In this document: positions 51,301 through 63,855 of the stretch, piece by piece
Layout: each line of letters opens with the position of its first letter
Position numbering within the stretch: the first letter of the stretch is position 1
From: Octopus sinensis
Lineage: Eukaryota
NCBI RefSeq assembly: GCF_006345805.1
Contig: NW_021831731.1
Span: forward strand, 124,001 to 188,000
DNA: 64,000 nucleotides
Direction: 5' to 3'
Translations under genes and position numbers: made by a program
Notes under the pieces: generated by a model
What the model saw: only the letters and a program-made list of their open reading frames with translations
Told to the model about the DNA's origin: nothing
Databases searched by the model: none

Positions 51301-53592
51301 CCCATATATTTGCATTTTGGTTGGATGGCGCTTCCACGAGAGATTTTGAGCTCTCATAAGGAGGTGAGTGTAGGTTCCATCCAACCGCCTCTCAAGCTTC
51401 TTTGATAACGTCCAGGTGTCTGAGCCATATAGTAGAATTGGTTCGACTGTGGCTTTGAAGATTTCAAGTTTGAAGTCTCTACTTAGATTTGATGACCAGA
51501 TCTTATGCATGTCATTACAGGCAGACCAGGCCATATCCTTTCTAGATATGATATGTATGACCCAAGATATTTGTAATCAGAAACCATATTTAAGGGCGCA
51601 TTGTTGAGAGTATGGATGATGCAATCACTGTTGGACAGACACTTGTTTATATATTCAGTCTTGGCCTCATTGAGGTAAAGACCTACACAATTTGAGGCTT
51701 GTTCGAGAGATTGTAAAAGAGACTGGGCATTAGAGAGAGAATCACTGATAAGAGCGATGTCGTCAGCAAAGTCAGTGTCTGTCAAGTATTCAGCTGGGTG
51801 TCTGGAACTTCTTCTTGGTTTTATTTAAAAGCCCTTGCCAGAGATGGTATCAACTGACATACGTAGCACATAGTCAACGACAATGATGAAAATAAATGAG
51901 GCGAGTGTGTCTCCTGCAGTATTCCGGCTTTGATTGAGAAAGATGACGTTTCTCCGTCAGGGGTTAAGATGGTTGAAGACGTATCTGTGTAGAGGACCTT
52001 GATGACAGAGATGATTTTTGTCTGGTATCCCATAGAGCGTAAGGATTTCAAACATCTTGTACCTATCTACAGAATCGAACGCTTTAGTCTACAAATACCA
52101 TTGCAAGATCGCGATTAAATGCTTTTGATTCTTCAATAAGTCTGCGTAGGCATAGTATCTGGCTCAGCGTTGAGCGCCCATGTCTGAATCCATTTTAGTT
52201 CTTTTGGAGCATTTAATTCATTCATTCATTCATTCATTCTTGCTCCGAAAGAATACACTTCACCCATCCATCAAATTCACGAAAGAATCCAGTTGTAATG
52301 AATTACCATTCCAGGATATCCACATTAAAAATACAGAACTCCACTGTCACAACAAATATATTTTACAAAAAACTGGCACACACCAATATTTAAATTTCTA
52401 CTCTTGCCATCCATCACACATCAAAAGAAACATCCCATACAGTATGGCAAGACGCGTATGTCCTATAGTGACTGACCCCAAAATACGTCAAATCCGACTC
52501 AACGAACTCAAAGGCTTCCTCACAATGCAGAAATACCCTGTAGAATTAATTAATGAAGGAATTAAAAGGGCGATGAAACTGAACATCACCCAACTACGGA
52601 CACCTAAGGAAAAAGTTAATAAAAACACGATCCCGTTCGTTAAAACACACAGTCCTAGAATAACCAACATCTTTCACGACATAAAGTCGAACTTATCTAT
52701 ACTCCTACAAAGCTCCAAAATGAAAAATATGATTAAAAAAAACACCTTACAGAATAGTAGACGCCAACCAAAAAATCTTTAAAAATACCTCACAAGGGCA
52801 GAATTCAAATCAGAGAATGAATCAGAATACCTAGTAAAAGAATATGGAAATAGATGTGGAGCATGCAACAACAATAACAGCAACAACTTCAAATACTTAG
52901 AAAGTGGTTCCCACATAAAATTCAATAGCGGATCCCTTTTCAAAATAAATGCAGATATGAACTGTAAAACGCAAAACCTCATATACTGCGTTACCTGCCC
53001 AAACTGCAAAGAAAATTACATTGGCGAAACAAATAATTCCCTCTGCTGACGTGCAAGAATCCACAGGAAACATATCCGACAAGAGGAATTACGCAAGATT
53101 CCATTGCGGAAGCATCTGGAATTATGCATGAGGGAAAATTCAAACTTTTTCTTTTACGATCATCCGGGACGATCATCCGCAATACCGAAAAGCAATGGAA
53201 CTACATTTCATCAAAACATTCTCTCCAAAAAAGACTGCCTGAAAGAAAAGCGGAGACAGTACATTTTGTATTCTAAATATAACTCAAATATCGGAAACAT
53301 AATGCTTATCTCTGTAAATATTCAGGTGTATATGTGTGGCATTGAGATGTTTTGAGCTTTGCGTGTTTTTCTAGATGGTGTTATACTAATGTTCTCTAAT
53401 GCAAAAATATGATATTGAAAGAAGCATGATTTTGTTTTTCAATGCAAATCATCGAAGTTACATAGTTCCCAAACACACACATTGAATGTTTGAAGGTAAA
53501 GCGAAGAATTTGCATTTTTTATTCCAAATATAGCTCATCTCTACAAATGTTCCGGTATATATATGTGTAGCACTGGGATGTTCTAGCTTTGC

Positions 53593-53677
<85 letters not shown>

Positions 53678-54040
53678 GTTTTTTTCTTTAAATTTTTAAT
53701 TTGTAAATATTATACTAATGTTTTTTTTTTTAATGCAGAACTACATTTCATCAAAAAGTCCTCTCCGAAATTGAATGTTTGATAGAAATGGGGAAACAGT
53801 ACATTTTGTATTCTAAATATAACTCAAAGAGGAGAAAAAGAGAGTGGAAAAAAGAAGAGAAGAAAAAAGGGGAAAAAGAGGGAAAGAGAGAAAGAAAGCT
53901 AAAGGACTTACACCGATGACCACACCACACTTTTTTTCTTGAAGAGGTCATCATCCTTAATACAATGGTAAATGACTAAATAAATAAATGAATGGTGAAT
54001 AGGAAGGGGGATCTCCCTTCACTCTCTCCGTCTCTCTCTA

Positions 54041-54119
<79 letters not shown>

Positions 54120-54367
54120 GAGACTATCTACCTACCTATATTTCTATTTATCTATCTCCATTGTCATGGAACCTCCCCCTAAAAACAAAAACAATATTCT
54201 CTTCTTCTAAACAAACCCCGCAACATCTGTTTTATATAAATGAACAAGCTGTTTGTACATCCACAACATTTTATTTGACAAGTTCGAAAAACGAATGAAA
54301 GCGCTAATAATAATGAAGAAATAAAAAGATCTTTTTCCAAAATTTTGACGAATTTTTTTCTCAATAT
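48394..54367 (+). mobile_element. Penelope-like element (RT + GIY-YIG) with inverted terminal-repeat arrangement, interrupted by an RTE LINE
   Basis: FKFTPTP, ILKEADKGGATVIMD, FYGLPKIHK, LRPIVA, SLYTNIP, GTAMGKQFAPSYANL, WKRFLEDCF, LHPSIKFT, LNFYSCHPSHIK, NCKTQNLIYCVTCPNCKENYIGET (~52960-53030). 48394-49000 is inverted relative to 53678-54367; a partial extra copy lies at ~53195-53290. Confidence 0.9.
51010..52250 (-). mobile_element. 5'-truncated RTE-type LINE with (TGA)n tail and 12-bp TSD
   Basis: NGFRHGRSTLSQILCLRRLIEE, GILQ, TDFADDIAL, YKYLGS, LLYGSDTWTL. The stop codon is followed directly by (ATG)n. GAATACACTTCA occurs at 50998-51009 and 52251-52262. Confidence 0.93.
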
Positions 54368-55061
54368 ATATATATATATCGGCTTGTCGTGTGGTTCAGA
54401 TAGGAAGCAGGGAATTTGACATTCAAACGTAGAAATTATATAATTTTTTTTATTGTTTAGCTGTAAAACTACGTAAGGGATTCAATGTTCCAGAGTTTCG
54501 TGTGTTGTATTTGTGAAACATATCTATAAAGGGCAAATTTTCTGTTTACGTTGAAAAATAATATGCTTCTTTCTAGATATTTCGATCAAGATATCAGCAG
54601 TCACATGTTAAAGCATTTTTTTCGAAATCTACAGTTAAGCAAAGAGAAGGAATAAATATAATAAAATACACGAAAGAAAAACATGCAACAAACGTACATG
54701 TAAATATATATACTCATGCATATATTACAAATACATCAATACGAATACAAATTTGAATACACTTACACGTACACAACGCGTGTATCTGAATCTATATTTA
54801 TATCTGTCTGTAGTTGCGAAGGATGTATTCTCTCTCTATATGTTTATGCTGTTATTCTTTACTTAGTCTTTCCCCTTTCTTAACAGGCAGATTTTGAAAA
54901 AAAAGTGCCCTGCTTCAACACGTAACTGTCTTTTGACATTTTGATAGGAATATCTAGAGAATTTTCTTTTCTTGAATGTATGCAGATAATTTATAATCTA
55001 TAAATTTGATTAGTGCAACACACGAAACTTTCGGCCCTAGAGTATGTTATGTTTTTTACAG

Positions 55062-55320
55062 CTCACTCACTCACTCACTCACTCACTCACTCACTCACTC
55101 ACTCACTCACTCACTAACTAACTCACTCACTCACTAACTCACTCACTAACTCACTCACTCACTCACTCACTCACTAACTAACTAACTCACTCCCTCACTC
55201 ACTCACTCACCCACTCACTCATTCACTCAATCAATCAATCAACCAACCAGTCCGTCCGTCAGTCAAACAGTCAGTCAGTCAGTCAGTCAATCAGTCAATC
55301 AGTCAGTCAGTCAGTCAGTT

Positions 55321-55352
<32 letters not shown>

Positions 55353-55353
55353 A

Positions 55354-55438
<85 letters not shown>

Positions 55439-55478
55439 CCTACCTACCTACCTACCTACCTACCTACCTACCTACCTA
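55062..55478. repeat. Compound tetranucleotide tract (ACTC>AATC>AGTC>TGTC>TATC>TACC)
   Basis: Direct reading. Confidence 0.95.
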
Positions 55479-56033
55479 CATGCGTACATAGAGACATGCC
55501 TTTCATAACACATTTCATAACATATTTCATAACACAATGACGCAGATCCAAATCCTTTAAAGTTTCGCAGGCACAGAATACGTTCAAACAAACAGATGTT
55601 TGAAACGAAATTTAAAATGGCTTCTAGTTGTAAGTATTTAGATTTCCATTGGTCAAGTGAATGTTTAAATATCGTTTCAGCATCAGTTCTTTTATTGCAT
55701 GCATCACGTGGTAGGGCGGACAGGTTGTTGATGTCAGTGGAAATTCAGTAGGATTCTATATTTCAACGACAATAGTTCTATTATTGCATACTGAATGTTA
55801 TTTTCTTTTGTTTGTTCATCCACTCTTATATCTATATGAATATGTTTATGCATATGTATGTTATTATTCAGTTTTATTCCAAGATTTCTTGCCAATAGAG
55901 AAAGAGCCGGTTTCTAACCTTGGTCCAAGGTTCCTTCATTGGAATTTCAACAACAGGGTATGTGTGTATGTATACCTAGATAACTCTTCAATAGATGAAC
56001 AGGAAGAGTTAACCTGCGTGTATGCAATACATA

Positions 56034-57313
56034 ATGGGTAGGCAACTAAGTTCCTGCGGTTTTTTAAATTTAAATTTTTTAAAAGATTTAATAAAAAATA
56101 AATAATTAATCAATAACGTATTCACCCTTGTTTACAACTTCCCAACGTTCAACAAGATTTTCAATACCTCCTCGGTAGAAATCACCAATTTTGACTCGAA
56201 AAATTGATCCAACCAAGCTTTCAATTCTGCATCAGTATTGAACGAAACTCCGCGCATAGCATTTGAAAGAGATCGAAAGAAGTGGAAATCAGTTGGTGCC
56301 AAAATCAGGAGAGTATGGCGGGTGTGGCAGCACTTTCCAGCCATGCGTTTGAATGGCTTTCTTGGTCATATTGCCGATATGAGGGCGGGCGTTGACGTGC
56401 AGCAGAAGTATTCCATGTTGACGATTATGTCTTTTCTCTTGAATAGCCGTGTTGAGTCGTTCCATCTGTTGAACATAGGGTTCCGCATTGACCGTTCGGT
56501 TTCGTCCAAGCAATTCGTAATGGATAATCCCTTCCCAGTCCCACCACACGCACAACATCGTTTTACGCGGATGAAGATCTTGTTTCACGCGCGGTGTCGC
56601 ATATTTACCGGGGCTAAGCCATTCCTTACACTGCTTCATATTGATGTACAGGCACCATTTTTCGTCGCCAGTAACGATTTGGTAAAGAAATCGTTGCTTG
56701 TGTCCATGAGTTGAGCGGTGACGAGCAAGCAAACCAGCGGAGATTGTGGCTCGTTGATTTTTGTTGTTGTCACTGAAAGCATGCGGAAGCCATGCTTCAT
56801 ACTTCTGAACCTTACCCATCGAGTAAAGATGCTTCTCTATAGCAGTGTGGGAGCATTGCATTTTCTATGCCAGTTCTCTTGTAGTTTGACAGGAATTTTC
56901 GTGCAAAAGTTGGTTTAATCGCTCTTCATCGAACTCAACTGGACGGCCAGTACGAGGTGTGTCTTTGAGGTCAAAATCTCCATTTTTGAACTTGGCATAC
57001 CAATCACGAGCAGTTCTTTCAGCCATGGCACCCTCTCCATACACAGCACAAATGTCGCGAGCAGCTTTTGCGCCCTTAGAACCTTGATTAAAAGCAAAAA
57101 GAAGGAGGTGTCGAAAATGCTCGTTTTTCTTAACTTGACATTCCATTTTAATGCCCTGAAAATAGACAAAAATTAACTAAAATTAACTAGAAAAAAAAAA
57201 GATTCCAAAATGATTCAAAAATAGAATTCTCTAAAAAAATAGATTCCAAAATTTAAAAACGCAATAAATTCCAAATTTAAAAAGAATCAGCGGGAACTTA
57301 GTTGCCAACCCAA
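56034..57313 (-). mobile_element. Full-length mariner transposon (1280 bp)
   Basis: TIRs ATGGGTAGGCAACTAAGTTCCTGC / GCGGGAACTTAGTTGCCAACCCAA with TA flanks (56032-33, 57314-15); transposase remnants inside. Confidence 0.95.
56106..57146 (-). pseudogene. Mariner DD34D transposase, frameshifted
   Basis: MECQVKKNEHFRH..., WLPH, TGDEKW, HVNARPH (second catalytic D replaced by V), HPPYSPD/LAPTDFH, ...GEYVID*. At least three frameshifts. Confidence 0.92.
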
Positions 57314-57789
57314 TACATACAAGCTTTCTGTATGTAATACATACAAAAATATACATAAAGGAAGCATACATACAAAAACGTATAAGCCCTTCGCCGAAAA
57401 ACCAAAAGAAGTGCCATTGTTTATAAACAAACCCCCATTTTGCTGTCAGAGCTATAAATCATAATTCATAATATATGAAGTAAAAATCCATTGACAAAAT
57501 TGGCGGAAATTACCCACAGAAATTGAACTACATGTTTGTTGTGATTTTCCAACTTGAACCGTGAAATTGGAATATTTAATATCACATAAAATTCCTTCTT
57601 TTCATATATCTCAATACTTCAAAATACAATCCCAAAAATCAAACAAAAAAATCTCGAAAATAGGTAAGTCTACCTTTTCCGTATTAGGGGATTTCTTGCC
57701 ATATATTTTGATCTATTATTTATAGCAAAATTTGCATTCGAGCAACTTCGTAATGACTCACACACACATACATATACAAAGACGCATTC

Positions 57790-57838
<49 letters not shown>

Positions 57839-59313
57839 TATATACGTATTCATACCAATTGAAGATTTAAAAATTCTCCAGAAAAAAACAATTGGCCACA
57901 ATTTTATCGACCTTCTACTTTTTAAAAAATTTGAATATCATTTAAAATTCGAAAATGAATATGGCTTCTACTACTTTGCAAAAGCAGTCGATCGCATCAC
58001 TGACACATTAAAACCGAGCAACTATGTTTATTCTGATAGAAATATTGAATAAAAAATCGAAATCAAAATAAATATAAAGCAAAAAATGGTGTTTCCAACT
58101 TCCAGTATTGGTCCATTGAGTTAACGTAGGTATTATTAATAGCCCTTGGCTTTAAATCTTCTTCATATACAGAGCGATTTAAATTTCAATCTGAAGCTAA
58201 GAAAGGTCAAATGGTTTAGAATGTAAGACGACTATTTGTCGACAGCTAGCTAAATTCTACTTTCCTATGATGATAGAGATGTTGAGTTTGCTACACGATT
58301 ACTTCAAGATATTTTCCAGAAAAGAAAGAGAGAAATAAGAAGAAAATGGACGGAAGGTAAGAGTAAAAATGCTGATGTTTTATTTTTCTCTTTGAAAAGC
58401 AGATGCATCACAACCAGCAAAACTTATCAGCAACATGATGTTATGAATATAAAATATCTATGTAAGAAACGTGTAATAAAATACAAATTCTCGAAATCGT
58501 ATATTCATGAATTTTACTTTTTCTACTCTTGATAATTTTCACATATTTTTGTCATAATGTAAAGTTCTAATTGGACAAAAATAAATATACTATACATCAT
58601 TTTGACACGTATTTCTAGGATACATCCTCTTTAGCGAGATTATGAAACGTTTTCTATAGTTAAGAGACAGTTCACCTTTCTGCTATAGTCTGAAAGAGAA
58701 AACTGAGACAAACTTCGTCTTCATTTTCCTTACCTAATGTTGGAAAATGTAGAAAAAATGTGAATGACAAAAAGATATTTTTACATTTCAGCAATTCTAT
58801 ATAATGTAGATTTCTAATTGGAGAAAAATAAAATAAAATTTAAATATTTTGTTTATATTTATAAGGTTTTGTATAACAACAACAATAATAATAGAAATAT
58901 CATTAATAATGTTATTAGTGAAAATAATAATAATACTCTTTTTAATAACATATGTAACAATCATTTCAATAACCATAATAAAAAAGAAGTAGCTGCCAAG
59001 TTTCCCTTAATTCCCTCTCAATAGATTTGAATATGCGAAGGATAATGCGAAGAATAATGATTTCCTAGCAGCAAGAGGAGGAAGGCAACGGGAAGTACAG
59101 GTACCGGTAAAAGCAAAAATACTTAAAATTCTTGTGAAGCAGGTGAAACACCCGAAGAAAGAAAATATGCAAGTAGCTCATACGATGCAAATTCGAAAAT
59201 TTTAAGGAATAATAAAAGTTGTAATTAGGAAAAATATGTAACCATCCATTTAAAAGAGCCAGCTGAGGAAAACTTAATCGACAAACTAAATAGAGAGAGA
59301 AAAAAAGAAAGAA

Positions 59314-59353
<40 letters not shown>

Positions 59354-59745
59354 AGCCACAGATCCTATAAAACTTAGCTAAAGCATAAGAAACCTTATAA
59401 CTGGACATAATGTCACAAATGATAAACGCATATCTTGAAAAAATAGACAGGTCCAGAACGGAAGTAAAGCTGCATAGGCGCATATGGCTGCGAAGATCAA
59501 GAAGGTGTAATCGTTGGCTCTACGGGGACAAAGAAGAATCTGAGGTTGACATGATAGCTTGCTAAGAATATAAGAAAACTAATAAAGAAAAGGAAAACAG
59601 AGAAACAGTTTTCCTCCCTCCCACCAAAATCAAGTCTTCGCGCAGGATTCAAAGCTGAAACCATAGAGCTTTTGAATACGGCATTATGCCGAAGTCTCTC
59701 CAACCCGAAAATACCCAGCGAGTATAATAAGGCAGAATACAAATA

Positions 59746-59789
<44 letters not shown>

Positions 59790-59792
<3 letters not shown>

Positions 59793-59950
59793 TGGTAAGA
59801 AGCTTGCTTCCCAATCACATCGTTCCGGGTTCAGTCCCACTGTCAGTCCTACTGCGTGGCACTTTGAGCAAGTGTCTTCTATTATAACCTCGGGCGTCCA
59901 AGGCCTTGTGAGTGGATTTGGTAGACAGAAACTGAAAGAAGCCCATCGTT
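59790..59950 (+). mobile_element. Partial tRNA-headed SINE (head + core)
   Basis: Matches the 5' half of 6863-7308, with a small internal duplication (GTCCCACTG TCA GTCCTACTG). Confidence 0.85.
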
Positions 59951-59965
59951 TATACATACATACAT

Positions 59966-60046
<81 letters not shown>

Positions 60047-60049
<3 letters not shown>

Positions 60050-60734
60050 TTCAATCATATCAAAGGGAAATGGAATTTAATTAAAATTAAAAACATTCAA
60101 TTAAAATTTACATTTCCAGTGGTCTAACGCGTAAAAGAATTTTAGTCAAAACGACTATATATTATACGATATAGTGTATATTTAAACACATAGAGAATCC
60201 ACTTATAGGGATTCTACCCGCTAGAAAGAACAGCTAAGTTCTATAACCACCAAAACTTGGGGATAAGATTCGACAGGAATAAATTTGGAAATTAAAAACA
60301 TTTACCATCTAGATTCCTCGACCAATTGGTTTCTAATGTTCTTTTAGCGAGTCATAGAGAACTAACAAGGTTTGATCTTCCTCAGCAGGCCCAACCTAGT
60401 GTTAAACATAACTACACGAGACAAAAAAGGCTACCTGTCTCGTGTACATACGAACTAACTTTTCAAATTTACTGCGCAGACGCCGTCCATTCGTTGACTA
60501 CAATAAAAAACCGCCAACTTTTAACCGAAAATTATCCAAAAATTTACTGTATTCAATTATATCAAAGGGAAATGGAATTTAATTAAAATTAAAAACATTC
60601 AATTAAAATTTACATTTCCAGTGGTCTAACGCGTAAAAAAATGTTAGTCAAAAAGACTATATATTAGTCAAACGATATAGTGTATATTTAAACACATAGA
60701 GAATCCACATAGGGATTCTACGCGCTAGAAAGAA
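60047..60734 (+). repeat. ~185-bp direct repeat 502 bp apart
   Basis: 60047-60230 versus 60549-60734, few differences. Confidence 0.9.
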
Positions 60735-60951
60735 TCATATGCGTACACGTATGTGTGTGTGTGTATATGTCTGCATATGCGGTTTCTATGAATGAAGCAT
60801 TACTTTCTCCATGCCTATTGGAGTAATTTCCCTTTATTCAACGTTTTTTTTTCATATCATTTTGTCTTAATAACTAATGAGATGCCGGAGCAGACCTGAA
60901 TTTTTTTATGACAACCAACTAATTGTCACATATTATATATATATATATATG

Positions 60952-60987
<36 letters not shown>

Positions 60988-63105
60988 TGTATGTATGTAT
61001 GTATGTATGTATGTATGTATGTATGTATATGCACACACATAATTACATGTACAGACATAACGGAGACGAGGCTTTCATATACACGAAATTATAACAACAT
61101 AATGAAAATGTCAATAGAAATGAAATGGTGTATACATACATAACAAAGATATCGCAGAGAATTGCAAAGTGAACATACCCTGAAATAAGCCAATTCATAT
61201 AGACAGTGAGATAATGGAAAACCATCTCGTTATTATTATCCAAAGTCATAAAGATAACAGAAATATGTATGTGGCTGGTACTTATTTCAATAACTCTGAT
61301 CAAATGAAACACAAAATGTACCTCAATAGAATTTGACTACAGTCTAAGTAAATATGGTATTTCATCTTCCTAATGCTCTACCGGTTCTATCACCCCCTGA
61401 TCTTTCTCAATAATATCAATGGTATAATGATATAATTATAAGAATGTCTATGATTAACATTTATAAAAACTATGTGTGTACAATCATATTTAACATATTC
61501 GTGTACACTCGGGTATGCTGTTTATAAGGAGAACTTTTTCTCGAGGAAATTTCGGCAGCGTATGTCTTTCCATGTCAAAGAATATGTGAATGTGTAAAAT
61601 ATGATTGTACACGCACATATTTCATTTGACACTGCTTAGTTCGAATTCAATTAATTAATTTCAAAAGTTCTTAGTGGCTTTGAACAACGATTCGCCATTC
61701 GTCACTGACGAGGTGTAACGACTCAGAAACACATGCGTCTTGCAGTTCGATGTTGTTCATAGGCCAATGATGTGCCTTTCACACATTAAGCAAGACATTT
61801 TTTCGAGAAACAATTTCGGCAGCGCATGTCTTTCCATGTTCGAATGTACACGAATATGTTAAATATGATTGCACACGCGCATATTCCACTCTACGCTGCC
61901 TAGAAAGCCTAGAAACTTATAGAGGCTAATTAGCATCTATAAGTTTCTGACGTTAAAGATTTTCCTAAAGATATTGATAGGATAATGGTCGTGTACTGTT
62001 CTTAGCTTTGAATCGAAACCGTGTAATATACAAACCAATAATAATAATAATAATAATAATAATGTCAGTAGCAACAAGAACAACAACAAACCAACAATAG
62101 CAGTAATAATAGAAACTACAGCAAAATGACGACGAGAATGACAACAGCAATAAAGGCAACAAAAAAAATTACGACTACCACAACAATAATAACGTTATCT
62201 CATAAAAATAATGCTGTAAGACAAAAAGCTAGAAACGGATCATGAACAATGAGCTCTATGCCAAAACAAGATGGACACCATAAACGTCTGTTTTTGTGAT
62301 ATCAAAACCACTATAATATACTAAAGTAGGTGCTGAATGAGATGCTCAGAGTGGATGCTAAAACAAAAAAGTAAATATTCTTAGCACACAGAGGCAGATA
62401 TTTACCAAATATACACATAAAAAGGAGGCAGAGGTCTTACATAAATGTAATCATTTTACAAAACAGCTACAACTGGGTCGACAAAGTTACAGTTGGGTGG
62501 AAAGAAAGCAAGTCACATTATTGCCCATAAATCTACAAGGTAATGTTAAAACATTATTATATACAAAAGAATCAACAAACATAATGATAGGAAGCAAATC
62601 CTATCAAGAACACACTATAGATACACAAGAAGACTCAGGAAAAAGATTAAATACAATAACGCACATACACTAACGTCCATAAGTTAAAAAAATACCATCA
62701 AGAAATGCTCAACATTTACGAATACAGAAAGGTAAACTGGTCAAAAGTAAAATACTTACAAGAAATTGGAAATGAAATCATTACAAATTCAGTTGTCTAC
62801 AATGACAAAGAATAAAGATTAATTTCTTGATAAGAACAAATGGTACGAATCATTGACAGTTGAAAGATCGAGTTTAAAATCAAAAAGCTTTACTTGTTCA
62901 TAATCGGAGTTCGTCACCTGTACGATATATAAAATTATGGAAAACGATAACTAAATTGCGTGTGTCAACAGAATCGGAGATTTGAAAGCAGTTAAAAATT
63001 CTACTTTGATTGAAGTAATGGTGTAATAAACGTCAGGCAGGTAAAAAATAATGATGTTGCAATAGACATATAATTTTTATGCTTCTCTCCTCCCCCTCCT
63101 CTTCC

Positions 63106-63194
<89 letters not shown>

Positions 63195-63211
63195 CCTCAT
63201 CATTATCATCC

Positions 63212-63360
63212 TTTAATGTTAGCTTTCCGTGCTGGCGTAGGTTTGACGGTATGACTGGGAATCGGGAAGCTGCAAGGCTGCGTCAGACTCCAATGTCGTA
63301 TTTGGCATTGTTTCTACGGCTGGATGCTAGGTGCTTTATACGAGCCATCGGCATCAGTGA
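63212..63360 (-). mobile_element. SINE relic with RTE-like tail
   Basis: TTTAATGTTAGCTTTCCGTGCTGGCGTAGGTTTGACGG...TTTCTACGGCTGGATGC following (AAT/CAT)n. Confidence 0.5.
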
Positions 63361-63419
63361 GGTAGTCATGAAGATTCCAACACTGAAAAGCACAGAGGAA
63401 AAGGAAAGGTAAGAAGCTG

Positions 63420-63855
63420 TCACTACTAAAACGACGAATTTAGAAGGAGAAGGTGGAGGCTGGTGGCTTTATGTCAGGTGTTGAAAGGCTAAAGTATGAT
63501 AAAATGAGAAGCACAGGTGTCTTGTTATAAAGGAGATACATGACTAAAGGAGATAACAAGAAGGTAGTGATGGGGTGCTCGCGCAAATTCTCAAGGACCA
63601 AGAAGGTGAGCATAAGAGAGTATACAGATCGTGGGTCATGAAAGGGGGTGAAAGAGTGTGTGGATGCTTTTATAGGAGTGTAAGGGGGAGGTAAACAGGT
63701 TGAGGTAGAGGTTAATATTGTGAAAGATGTGCAGGTGTGGGAGCGCAGATGGGGGGAAATACCAATATAGAGAGGAGTAAGGTGGGAGATATAGGAGTGG
63801 TCCAAGAAGTCGTAGGAGCAGTGGAGAGGGAGATATAGGGATACATAAGGGGAAA
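63420..63855 (-). mobile_element. Decayed Jockey/CR1-group-like LINE C-terminal region
   Basis: SHLTPLYIGISPHLRSHT resembles the post-RT motif S-Q-L-L-T-L-Y-K-G-x-I-R-P-x-L-E-Y-x-S-H-x-W; pyrimidine-rich coding strand as in 1058-2260. Confidence 0.45.

Noticed and set aside
55705-55736. CACGTG, GGGCGG and TGATGTCA motif cluster
   Set aside because: Short motifs expected by chance; no associated gene or transcription start evidence.
61698-61762. CTGACGAG...GAAAC...GTC hammerhead-like string
   Set aside because: Stem I does not pair and stem II is irregular; CTGACGA is better explained as half of the palindrome TCGTCA-C-TGACGA.
62280-62900. A-rich stretch vaguely like a LINE endonuclease region
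   Set aside because: No diagnostic motif recoverable by eye.
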